DNA of 64,000 nucleotides from Strigamia acuminata (Eukaryota): NCBI GenBank assembly GCA_949358305.1, contig OX442314.1, positions 30,566,001 to 30,630,000 of the forward strand, read 5' to 3'. Shown piece by piece: positions 25,234 to 37,019 of this stretch (position 1 is its first letter; each line of letters starts with the position of its first letter). The notes under the pieces were generated by a model. It saw only the letters and a program-made list of their open reading frames with translations, ran no database searches and was not told where the DNA came from. The position numbers and the translations under genes were made by a program.

Positions 25234-26037
25234 TCAACCAAACATTAATCCAGTCGCAAGATTCGTAAACAGACCATTCAACAACCCATTAACCGATGAC
25301 AACAAAGAATCAAGCACTCGCCCTAAATTCCCCAATAAAACACTCAATGGTCCACCCAACAACCCACCACCACCACCACCCAACAACCCACCCAACAATC
25401 CCCCACCACTACCACCACCACTACCACCACCACCCAATAATCCACCCAACAATCCCCCACCACCACCACTACCACTACCACTACCACCACCCAACAATCC
25501 ACCCAATCCCCCACCACCCATATTCCCTCCACCCATATTTCCACCAAACAAACCCCCAAACAAACCGCCAGATCCAGATCCAGATCCAGAGTTTCCACCA
25601 CTCCATCCTCCACTACTACTACCACCGGATCCAGATCCAGAGCCTCCGGTAACCCAGCCGCCATTACTACCGCCCGAAGAAGATCCTCCTCCACAACCAC
25701 TACTTCCACCGCCAAAAGATCCTCCAAACAAATTGCCCAATAATCCATTCAGGTTTGACGATCCTCCACTCGAATCTCCTCCATTTGAGCCTCCAAAAAC
25801 GCCTCCCATGCATCTGAGTTGCATGTCGCTTTTCGAAACACTCCTTGATAGAATTCGAAAAACTTGGTTCATGTTTGCACGAAATTGCCTTCCCTGTCGA
25901 ATGAGCGATCCGAGGAGCATTTGAGGGTCTTGTCTCTTCACGCTTGTGGGTGTCTTGTTGTTCTGTGCATTCGCGATGTCTGTAAACGAGAGAAATAGAC
26001 ACAAAGTGATTAAAATGAACGAGAATTTGGCGCCCAT
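25234..26037 (-). CDS. Intronless secreted glycine-rich protein, 267 aa
   Basis: Signal peptide MGAKFSFILITLCLFLSFTDIANA, GGS/GGLLGGLLG repeats, TATA-like CATAAATA about 55 bp upstream, AATAAA at 25200-25205 on the minus strand. Confidence 0.9.
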   Translation of the reverse strand: MGAKFSFILITLCLFLSFTDIANAQNNKTPTSVKRQDPQMLLGSLIRQGRQFRANMNQVFRILSRSVSKSDMQLRCMGGVFGGSNGGDSSGGSSNLNGLLGNLFGGSFGGGSSGCGGGSSSGGSNGGWVTGGSGSGSGGSSSGGWSGGNSGSGSGSGGLFGGLFGGNMGGGNMGGGGLGGLLGGGSGSGSGGGGGLLGGLLGGGGSGGGSGGGLLGGLLGGGGGGLLGGPLSVLLGNLGRVLDSLLSSVNGLLNGLFTNLATGLMFG

Positions 26038-26269
26038 GGTGGTTGGTTTGTGGGTTGGGGTAGACTGGAGGCTCGGTTCGCTCGCTGGTATTTATGCAGG
26101 TGGTTGGAGGATGAGTTGATTGGCCTTTTGGATGGATGACATGGCGGGGACAGTTGCTGATGGAATTATTGGTTGTAATTCACTCGCAATTGACTCGATA
26201 AATTGATTTGGCATCGAGCAAGTGGTATTGTCGTGTCATGTGCAATTGTTGCGTTGTTTTCAAGTTGTT

Positions 26270-27163
26270 ATGGATGTGTTTTCTAAGTATATTTGGTCTA
26301 CTCACAGGAAATTTTACAAAAGATCTAGGAAAGAAGTTTGGGGATGTCTGTGTTTGCTCGGTGTAGCCTACATTTGTGTAAAATGTTTTATTTTGATGGT
26401 TTTTGTTGCGTAATTTGATGTAGATTGTGTTGTAAATAGGCTTATTGTCTTATATGTCACGCTTTGTTTGGAATGTGGCTTTATGTAACAGCAAGTGCTC
26501 CGAAATTTCTCGTGGGACCTGTTTTAGACAATAATTTTGAAGGTTTTTGTATAGATGTGAAATGTAGACGATGGATGAGATTAGTGAAATGTTTTTCAGG
26601 TCTGTGCGTTACTGGCATTTTTGATATTGTCTGTGGAAACATTGGAGTTGCAGCAGGATCGTGTTTGCTGATTGGGATAAAGTTGGTTGGTATTTATTTG
26701 ATTAAACATTTTTAGAAAAATATATATATATATATTTTTTTTTTTAATCTTTTTTTTAAATTTTTTTGTAGAGAAAACTTAAGTTTGTGTCAGCAAGTAT
26801 AATTCTACTTAATATAACTCTACTATTTGACGTATTGATCCTAATACTGCAGATTCTATACTGGGTAGTGAAGTCAGAGCACAATTTGGGTTTCTTTTAT
26901 TATTATTATTATTGTTATTTTGATTTAAATAGGATAAAATTGCAGCTGTCCGGATTATTCTGATTGGATTTACAGTACGTGTTGATTATATTCATATTTA
27001 CTTTAGCACACAATGTATAAATTGAAAAATTTCGGATTTTTGTTTGTAGCAGCTTGTTTGGTATACTGCGTACACATATCGAAAAATCGTGTTACAACGA
27101 ATAGTGGAAAAGCAACAATTACAATTGAAACTTATTAACCCATATCATTCGTATCGATTTTAA
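26270..27163 (+). CDS. Putative small multi-pass (about 4 TM) membrane protein
   Basis: Phase-consistent GT-AG exons 26270-26377, 26440-26542, 26600-26685, 26772-26864, one uncertain exon in 26933-27014, and 27050-27163; hydrophobic segments (WGCLCLLGVAYICAYCLICHALFGMWLYV; IGVAAGSCLLIGI; ASIILLNITLLFDVLILILQILYW); AATAAA near 27259. Confidence 0.55.
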
Positions 27164-27443
27164 AGGCTAAAATATTGCATTTCCATGTGTTAACCAACAA
27201 ATTTCAATTTTGTGCTAATGTGTTATCACAAACTGTTTGCTGAAGAGACCAAAAATACAATAAAATGACTGAAGAAATTAAATATTTGCTTTTATTGCTT
27301 CTTTTTAATGTCTTTGTTGTTTTTGATGTTTTTAAATGAGTGAGTAACGATTTAAGTCAGGTTTTGATGTTTTTAATGATGATTTAAGTCTGTTTTTGAT
27401 GTTTTAAATAAATATGTACTGTAATGATTTAAGTCAATTTTTA

Positions 27444-27746
27444 TTACAAAACATGAAATAAGCGTGGCAGTGTGAACACACAGCAGCAACAACAAAGAGC
27501 AGCTAGACACGAAATCAAAATATTCTTCGTTGGATCAGAATAATCTCTTCTACAAAAATAGATAGAATAAACATTAGAATAACAAGAAAACATTCATTAC
27601 TCATAAACGCACAGCTTTTGTGCCTCTTTCAGACTCAACACGCATGATTTACGCTCAACTGGCTCGCAACGAGGAGATTGTGGCAAACATTCCTCTCCCA
27701 ACAGTCTATCAGTTTCTTCGCCGCCAACCACACACGCGTCAGCCAT
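27444..27746 (-). CDS. CYSTM (cysteine-rich transmembrane module) small protein, 83 aa
   Basis: Exons 27746-27601 and 27549-27444, 51-nt GT-AG intron, start context CAAAATGG, C-terminus ILISCLAALCCCCCVFTLPRLFHVL* matches the CYSTM consensus CLAALCCCC; AATAAA overlaps the stop. Confidence 0.8.
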
Positions 27747-27950
27747 TTTGAACTCTACCGAAGCCAACACAACACTCCCACATTGTTACCACAACTTATT
27801 ATTCAAATCCAACACACAAAAAGATGGAATCAAAACTAAACAAAAATAATTAATGATTTATTCAAATCTTTCTCAAATTTTACACATTTGCTATCAATAC
27901 GGAAAAAAAATAACAAAATTCAGAATTTTTTCTCTTTCGTTTTTGCTTTT

Positions 27951-29323
27951 TTATCGACATTTCACAAAATTCTGCAAATTCGCACAAGCAATATGATAAA
28001 CTTTACTCATTGACTTTGGACAATTCACCGACTTATACCACACAAGTTGCGGCAGATGCAACTCGAACAAGTTGCCATTACTCGTCAACACGTAGCAAGA
28101 GCCCTCGTGCGTGAACGAATCTTCGATCGAATCCGGCGGAACCCCCGTCGTCCGAAGCACCTCCCACTCCTCCCGCATGATCCGATCGAGCACGGCAACC
28201 CTATCCGGCCGGAAATTCCGAAACGCAATAATCCAGTCCTTAAAATACGTCGCCGTCATCGCCAAATCCCGAAAAATGGCCGGCAATTTGGGCAGCTCGG
28301 CCCACAGACGACCGTTCTGTATGGGATGCCACTCGCAGTGCACCGTGTGCCCGCCAATGACGTAGATGACGCTATCGATGATGATCATCCCGGGTTTGTG
28401 TCTGGCGAATTTCATCGGCGGTTTCAGACACCACGTGTTTTGTCGCATGTCGTACGCGTCCACGTGGGTCAGTGGGTGGTTGTATCGGTTGAGGCCGCCC
28501 ACGATGTACATCGTGTCGTTCCAAATGCCCACGCCCGCGTCGCAGCGCGGGATGCGCAATGGCGGCCCGATGCTCGTCTCTGCGGTCAGCATGTCGTAGA
28601 TGAAAAGATTTTGGCATTTGATTTCGTCGGGGATCGCTCCGATTTCGCCTCCGACGAAGTACAGGCATTTGCCGGACACTGCGAGGCATCGTTTGGACAG
28701 GGCGGGGATCGGGATCTCTTGACCAGACGACCAAACTCCGCGGTCGTTGAGGAAAACGTGCATTTTGAACAGGTTTTGTTCGCCTCTTCCCGCGATGATT
28801 GCAACGTGGCCGCAGTTCTCTTGCATTTCTGATTCCACTGTGGCAAGGTCGATGGTTTTGGTGGTTATTTCGTCTTCGATTTCGTCTTCGATTTCGTCGT
28901 GCTCCAGGTTGTTGAAGCATTTAAATTTCGACGGAAGGTGCGGCAAGGTCATGCCGATGTTGGAACCGCTGGAAAAGGGAAAGCTAAAGATTAAGAACGG
29001 AAATGGTTTTGTTGTGATTATGTTCACGGGACTGAGACAAACGTACAGCGTGGTTCGTATGATTTAAAAAGGGTTTGGGTTTGTGATAAATAAATGTGTT
29101 GCAGTATAATAAGTTTGTCTATACATAATTCCCTATTTGACGTGTTGACTTACGTTGTCGTACAGTAAGAGTCTTTCTTATAAACTCCGATGTCAGTGGA
29201 AAGCTGCTCCAATCTCGGGATCATATGGTGACTATTGTAACCAGATTCACTCCCATCTTGCGACAAACAAGCGTGGAGTTCTTTTTCACGTTTATCCCGT
29301 TTTTCGGGCAGAGGTAGGTACAT
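27951..29323 (-). CDS. Kelch-repeat beta-propeller protein (no BTB domain visible)
   Basis: Main exon 28968-27951 with LYFVGG, MYIVGG, IYVIGG kelch motifs and spaced Y/W; in-phase upstream exon 29356-29154 (GTAAGT donor); start uncertain (ATG at 29323 or a further exon). Confidence 0.85.
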
Positions 29324-29911
29324 CAAGTTCGTCCAAGATGAGCAACAGCTATTAGTCTGAATAACAATTATCTAATCAATGCCACTGTCCAAACACGCAT
29401 GAATATAATATAATACCTCCATGATTTTATGTTGATATTATCTTCAGAATTTAGACGTTGTATATAAAAATAACACTTACAATTTCAATCCCACGCTAAA
29501 ACACCATCTTTTCAGTATTTCGCTTTTTTTCTTTGCTTAAAACCACTCCATAATTTGTAAATGCAGAGAAATTCCAACATTAGGTCAAAACAGTGAACCC
29601 TAAACGACAACAATATTCAATACTTGCTCTCGCTGCCCAAGAAACTACATTGTTTTATTCAAAAATAAATAAATAAAATAAAAAATAAAAAAAAACAATT
29701 GTCTGTCACAACAAACAAAGTTCAAAAATATCTGAGCTGTCCTTGAATTGCAGTGACCTCATTTTCGTGTCTACGTCACAAGACAGTTTGTCCTCGCCTG
29801 ACCCACTTCCCAAGCACTTGTATGGAGTTACCTTACGTACCTGTTGATTTGACCGGTGATATGAGGCCTAATAGTGTTAGAAATCTCTGGTGATGTTGTG
29901 ATAATTGAAAT

Positions 29912-32900
29912 ATGTTGTTCGTTATATTATTCGCGCTGCCAGGTAAACGAAATTGGAATTGAAATCGGTCGATTGGATTTAATTCGTGTTTGATTTGTTG
30001 TGTTTTATGTTTTTTAAAGTGATGGTCAGGTGTGAGCGCGAGTTTATCGCTCACTTCAACATGGTGGGAATCGTCGGTGATGTCCGATTCGCACAAAAAT
30101 CCGTCGATCAACCCGTTTCGGTTAGGGCTAATTTGTTCACACTAGTCAGCAGCGATGTATTTAACGCTTCGTGGGCTATTCACTCGTTTCCCGTGGATTT
30201 TACCAAACAACCCGCGTGCAGTGACTCCACAATCGGACCTAGGTACCTCTAAAACTCATTTTAATTACCGATAAACAATTTTACTAATGTTTTTCGCAGA
30301 CAATTCGACTTGGACTCCATATTCGGTGTTTTAGACCTTTCCGCGGACCAAATCGAACTGAATTCCACCGAGATGAACCTGTGGGGATCCAACACCATCT
30401 GGGATAAAAGCATAGTCGTCCAGATCGGTGGTTTAACATCGTGCGCCAATCTCGTTCCGAGCGCCCCCGTGCGCACGATGGAATCCAAGTTCGTCGGCCC
30501 CGTCGCCGGCCGCGTTTTATTCCGTCAGATCATTTCGGACCCGCCCGAAGAAACCCTCATTTCCGTCCACCTTTTCCACGTGGATTCGGCCGCGCCGGCC
30601 AACCACAAATGGCAAATCCTCGCCACCGAAGTGCTGGATTCGAGAGGCTCCGTCGAGAAATGCGACCATCTTCACGTGCTCTACGACATCGGCTTCAAAA
30701 ACGCGAGCGCGTGCTCGAGCGCCGCGCACGTCCATTGTCCGTTGGGAGATTTGACGGGCAAACACGGACCGGTGCACGTCGGCGGTCGACGGTTGGTCTT
30801 CGTAGACTCGAATCTGTGGCTGCCGGAGCTAAGCGTCACTTTGCGACGTCTGTATTTGGTCGTGTACGACACGAACTTCCCCGACACGGTCTACGCGTGC
30901 GCGCCGATGAAGGAGTTGAAAGCGCGCGAAATCGCGGCGGATTTCGATTTTCGCCACGTTCGCGGCTCGGTGCGAGTGCGTCAAGAATCGCCTTTGGACG
31001 TCGCCAAAGTCGCGTTGAATCTGCGCGTTTTAGCGAGCAATTCGTTGTCCGCCATTGCCGTCCACGAGTTCCCGGTGGGAATGCGTTTGACCAAGAACGA
31101 CGACGTTTGCGCCGTCACAGGAAAACCATTCAATCCTTTCCAAGTAACAAAAATGGTTCATGAAATAAATCAATCATTTATATTTTTCGTTTCAGGTGAT
31201 GGACAGTCCAGACGTGGTGAACGGGACGTACGATTTATTTATTTCGGGTGATTTAAGCGGCAAATACGGCGCTTCGGAAGGCACGTTTCTGGACCCCTAC
31301 ATGCATTTATTCGGCGAAAATAGCGTTTTAGGCCGCAGCGTTGTCGTTTATCTGAACGACGGGACTGAAAAGTCGTGCGCAACTTTGCAGTCCACTCGTC
31401 CCACCGTGTGGGCCAAAGCCGTGTTTAATTATCCGGTGGCCGGACAGGTGTTTTTCCAACAGTTGGCCGACGAACCGTCGTCCGAAACTTTTGTTTTCGT
31501 TCAACATCTGCAGTACGACGACGACCACGTGAACGACACGCAAAACCACAAATGGCGAGAATAAAATTGATTTTTAATTTTTTAATTTATTTTTTTAATT
31601 TTAATTTAACTCCAGGTTGGTGTTCGGTAATCGTGTGGGTCGTGATTTCCTCAACTGGACCAAACGCTGCGAAAGTGCGGGCAACATTTACAATCCGACC
31701 TCGGTGAATTTAGTAGCGAAATCCCAAGTCGACTGCGGCGGAAACGCATTCCGCTGCGCGTTGGGCGACTTATCTCGGAAGGCCGGACTCGTGAAAGTGG
31801 GCGCTCGTCGCTCCTCGTTGCCCAGCACGCGTGTGTTCCACGTCGACGTCCACTTACCCTTGAGCGGACCCAATTCGATCGTCGGACGCACTTTAGCCAT
31901 TCTGGACGACCACGCCCCGGCGTTTCGAGGCAACCGGATGGCTTGCGCGGTGTAAATCACTCAGAATTGTTCAAAATAAAAAAATGAAACTTATAATAAA
32001 TTTGCAGGATAAATCCGACTTTGTCGATACACGCCAGTGCCAACATATGGCGCTCTTCCGACGAGGAGCTGGCAATCTCGGGTGCAATTCATTTCGTTCA
32101 GCCGACCATGTTTTCGTCGAGTAAAGTTCTTCTCGAATTGAACGGGATCCAAGGTCTAGCCGAGCGTTATTCCATCAACGAAGCACCCGTTCCTTACGAA
32201 CTCGATTTCCCTTGTGTCAAAGACGTTCTGCAACGTCGTTTCGACCCTTTCAGTGCGAGCGATCCAGTCGACATTGCAGGTAAGCCCGCCGCGAATTGAA
32301 ATCAATAAACGATCTAGAAAAGTTTACATTTAAGATTCCAGGGACGAGTACGCGGTTGGCGATTTAAGCGGTAAATACGGGAACTTGGATGATAAAGAGG
32401 ACGAGATTGCGGAGCTGTTGGACCCGAATCTGCAGCTACAAGGTCCGAATAATGTCGTAGGAAGATCCGTGGTGATATTCAAGAAAGAAAAACGAATCAG
32501 GTTGTGGATAAATGAGTAGTTTTTATTTGGAAAATCGTAACGTTTGATTTTTGTTTAGTTGGGCTTGTGCTAATATCGAGTTGGATCCACCGGACGGAGT
32601 GGATGAAATTCACGCACTCGCTTCTTTTCACGATCCAAAGGGATTCGCGTATGGATACATGCGTATGGTTAGTTTGTAAAATAATTATAAAAAAATTAGA
32701 AAACCGACATTTTTTTTGCTTTAGACTCAATTGGTGGGAAAGAATGGAGCTGTTAGTGACACTTGGATCGAAGCTAAACTCCGTTATCCCGGCTTAAATA
32801 ATAAAAACATGGTTAGAATTATAAAATTATAAAAATTGCATTTCTCAGTTGTTATATTTTAAGTCACAAGGACATCATTGGTCGGTTTATGTCAATCCGG

Positions 32901-33818
32901 TTGGCTACGACGCTACAGTGACTCCTTTTACTGATAGATGTGTTGCGGCAGGATTCAAATGGAACCCGTATCTAGTTGTGGACAACATAGATGTGATTGG
33001 AAATAAAGTTATAAATTTTTATAAATATAAATTTTTTTATTAATTGTAGGATTATTCGTCCGAGTGCAGTGTGTGGACGCCGTTTCGTTGCACCGTGGGA
33101 GACGTGAGCAGGCGCCAATCAACGATAGACATCGGCGGAGATACAAAAATATTCAGCGATCCTAATTTGCCTCTTAGTGGCGATTATGCAAGTATAATTT
33201 TGACGAAAAAATGTATTATTTATCACGTTTTCAAACACTTTTCTTTAGTAATTGGGCGGTCGGTGGTGATTTTTGACAAAAAGGGCAGTGGAAACCGCTT
33301 TGCTTGCGGGAATATTGTGCGTGAAAAGAGGGCCGTCAGTGTGTTCACCATTAAAAACCCCAGATATTTTTCCAGGTCGATTAAATTAAAATAAATTGTG
33401 TTTTTTGCATTTTATAATTTTTACTTTATTTTAGCGCTTTATTTATGACGCAAGCACGTGAAACTTTAGGCATTCCTCCGTGGATGATGTTTGCGGATGC
33501 GAAAAAGACGAAAACAGTCGTGGAGGGCGCCTGCGTTCAAATGACGGTACATTTCCGTGGTCACGACATTCAGTGGATACAAGAAATCTTCACGGAGTTA
33601 TTGTCAAAGGGATATGTCACCAGATACACGCCTACGCTGGATAAAAGCACGCCTCGATTTGGATATCGATTGTGCCGAACTGATTGTATGTATTTTACTC
33701 TTTTTAAATTTATAAATGATTCGATATGTTTTTATTTTCAGTTAATCGATCCAGTAGTAACGAATTGTCGTATATTAATTTAATTGTTCTATTATTGTTA
33801 GTATTAAATAGATATTAA
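29912..33818 (+). CDS. Cu/Zn-SOD-fold repeat protein (CSRP/Rsod-like), about 1050 aa, signal peptide and GPI-like C-terminus
   Basis: 14 exons: 29912-29942, 30020-30242, 30300-31143, 31196-31554, 31616-31951, 32008-32279, 32335-32500, 32559-32667, 32725-32811, 32864-32992, 33050-33191, 33249-33375, 33435-33685, 33742-33818 (3153 nt, in frame). Repeated SOD motifs GDL(S/T)GK(Y/H)G, L.G.NS(I/V)(L/V)GR(S/T)VV, ACA/ACG. Confidence 0.9.
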
Positions 33819-34639
33819 TGTTTTAATCACGGCGAGACAAACTGGGATAGTTTGTAAAAATTTGTGTGATTTTCGGATGTCGAATGGATGAGCAGTGCGA
33901 ATTATTCCACAATTTCGTGATTCGTGATGTTTTATTTTGTTGTATTTTATTATATTTTGTTGTACAAGTTGAATTTTTGATATTAAAGTGACGACACGTT
34001 TTATTTTGAAATATTTTGGTCATGTTTAATGATGTTGAACCACAAAACACTTGGATATTAATACTTTTAAATTTTTAAAAAGTATCTTTACTCGTACTCG
34101 TAAAAGTAACCTAACCGAGGAAGCACGTGATCGGAGATCCAGACCACGGCGAGATAACAGTGTGAGAGAGGATGAACGGGCGCCGAGGTTTCAACGGAAT
34201 GATGATTACAACTGTTCACGACCACAAGCAAAAGCTCGGCGTAGAAACAGTCATTCATTATTAAAACATTAAAATCTACAATTGTGACGTAATGAGAACG
34301 AGCATTTTTTAAATAATTTACTGCAGCGAAGTAAAAGTGATGAAAAATGGCGGTTTTCCAGCGCGAAACATCGAGATGTTATAGACCCAGACACCAATGA
34401 GAAAAACAGGAAGACCAATACGCATAAGGTGTAATTTCATGCAATACTGCACAATTTAACAAATACCACTTGTATTGCAACAACTGCTAGGTCAGTTCCG
34501 TCTCCATTATTGAAAAATTTATCATTCCTACTTGATCTTGAATTGATGGTTGGTGTATAAATGAGTTTCAATATATTCTTTTTCTACATTACTTTTATAT
34601 CTTTATTGAATTCATTTTAGGGTTTGGTTTTGCTACTTT

Positions 34640-35173
34640 TCAACCTTGGTTTCGAGGATTATCTCCTCTGTTGGCTTTATACGTGCAAGATGCACCATAA
34701 ATTAGGCCTGGTTTGCAATATAAGTCAGCACCCAATAAATTGCAGCACTGGTCGTTTTTTGCGTCACAATCAGCTTTGAAGCGAAGACAAGTCCTGGAAC
34801 AAAAGAAATTGTAATCAATAATCAATAATATATTGATACACAGTAGAGCATTGTGCAAATGTGGGCTTTATAATTTCATAGAGATGAACTAACAGATCAC
34901 ACCATTTTAAATTTTCGTTGTAAACTTACTTGGAATTTTTTGATTCCCTCTCTTGATTGTCAACGTCATTGGAATTGGCCTCAGTTTCTTCTGAAAAAAT
35001 GAACTGTAAGCTTACTTGGCCGAGTAAGACGGATAAGCACACATTTCTAGTTGTAAATCAACTATATATGTTTTTGTTTTGTCTATACCTAAACTTGCCA
35101 ACGGTGTAGCCGCAACAAGTTGAGCAAGCACCAAGAATGCACACAGCATCAAAAGAATCAAACACTTGGCCAT
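34640..35173 (-). CDS. Secreted inhibitor-cystine-knot (knottin) prepropeptide, copy A, 99 aa
   Basis: Exons 35173-35089, 34990-34930, 34793-34640; signal MAKCLILLMLCAFLVLAQLVAA, acidic propeptide ending NQER, mature region C-X6-C-X6-CC-X8-C-X9-C, terminal Gly. Confidence 0.9.
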
Positions 35174-37019
35174 AATTCTTCTTATTTGTATCGCTATAAA
35201 AAGAGAATGTGAGAGTAATTTAGCTGAGCAATAATTTCGATATTCTTACTTGTTTACAGGATTTAATGATGGATTTCTCAAAATGGAGCGTGTTCGGCTG
35301 AATTTGTTTTTGAGTGTGCGTTGCCTTTTCTAATGCGTTTAAGTAGGATCATGGAGTATCACATGTGATTGAATTTAGCCAATTGGAGCACTTAGGAAAT
35401 GAATTTTCTCGAGCAAAATTACCTAAAACAAGCGAAAGCCGCTATATTATTTAAAATAGATTAGAAACAACCTCAGGTGAGCGGGCGCTAATGAGCAATG
35501 CAATCGTGGCTTTACATGCATTTAGGCCAGAAAAAAGAATATTTCTCTTAGAATAATGAAAATAATTCAGTTTTGAGTTTTATTGAGTGTTTGGTGTTTG
35601 TATATCTTTGTTTTTGTGTCTTTTAGCATCGAAAACAAAAATTTGAAAAAATTCATGAGAAATGTTGCAAAATATTACAATTTTCTACAAGATTTTATAA
35701 ATTTTTGAGAAATGTTGCAAAATATTAGAATAATTGTCTAATTTCGATAAATCTTAGTCAAAACTAAAAAATTTACGGCATTTGCTAATTGCTATGGCGA
35801 TCATGCAGCTGTTTGCTCTTGTTACACATCTGCGCCACTCTGGTGAGGAAAATTGGAACCCAAGCGTCTTTCCCTCATTCTGATGATGAAGTCTCGGACG
35901 TGAATGTTAGCCACTTCAAAAATTAAAATTTTCAAAATTAATTTCAAATAAACATTTTATTTGTCGTATTAAATTCCACAAAATAAAATTATTCATTCTG
36001 TGCAGATTATTTTCGAATTTCAGCATTTTCAAGCCGATTATTAGGCCTAATAATGCTAATACCGAAAGGAATTCTACTCGAGTATTTTGTTTCATTACAT
36101 TACAAAAGATGTGGTTAGAAAAGTCCAATCACACAGACTTCATCATCAGAATGAGGGACCTGCGCTTGGGTTCCAATTTTCCTCACCAGAGTGGCGCAGA
36201 TGTGTAACAAGAGCAAACAGCTGCATGATCGCCATAGCAATTAGCAAATGCCGTAAATTTTTTAGTTTTTACTAAGATTAATCGAAATTAGACAATTGTC
36301 CTTATTTTATCAAAATATCGAAAACATTTCTCCAATTGTGTTAAATTATCACAAAAAAAATTCTCAAACGTTTGAAATTTTGTCGACAATTAACAATACG
36401 TATTTTCAAATTTTATCGAAATTTTCAAAACTTCTAAAAAATTTATGAAATTTTGCAGAAAATTGTATTATTTTGCATCATTTCTCAAAAATTTTTAAAA
36501 TCTTGTAGAAAATTGTAATATTTTGCAACATTTCTCAAGAATTTTCTCAAATTTTTGTTTTTGATGCTAAAAGACACAAAAACAAACATACACAAACACC
36601 AAACACTCAATAAAACTCAAAATTCAATTATTTTCCTTATTCTAAGAGAAATTCTCTTTTTTCTGGCCTAAATGCATGTAAAGCCACGATTGCATTGCTC
36701 ATTAGCGCCCGTTCACCTGAGGTTGTTTCTAATCTATTTTAAATAATATAGCGGCTTTCGCTTGTTTTAGGTAATTTTTCTCGAGAAAATTCATTTCCTA
36801 AGTGCTCCAATTGGCTAAATTGAATCACATGTGATACTCCATGATCCTACTTAAACGCATTAGAAAAGGCAACGCACACTCAAAAACAAATTCAGCCGAA
36901 CACGCTCCATTTCGAGAAATCCATCATTAAATCCTGTAAACAAGTAAGAATATCGAAATTATTGCTCAGCTAAATTACTCTTACATTCTCTTTCTATAGC
37001 GATACAAATAAGAAGAATT

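Noticed and set aside
25296..25748. His-rich and Val-rich ORFs
   Set aside because: Shadow frames of the Gly-rich gene.
28047..28920. Long antisense and alternate-frame ORFs over the kelch exon (similar cases at 30441-31163 and 52162-52859)
   Set aside because: Expected from GC-rich codons with few stops; no motifs.
33188..33193. GCAAGT as a second GC-AG donor in the SOD-repeat gene
   Set aside because: Wrong phase; the GT at 33192 restores the frame (GDYAIIGRS).
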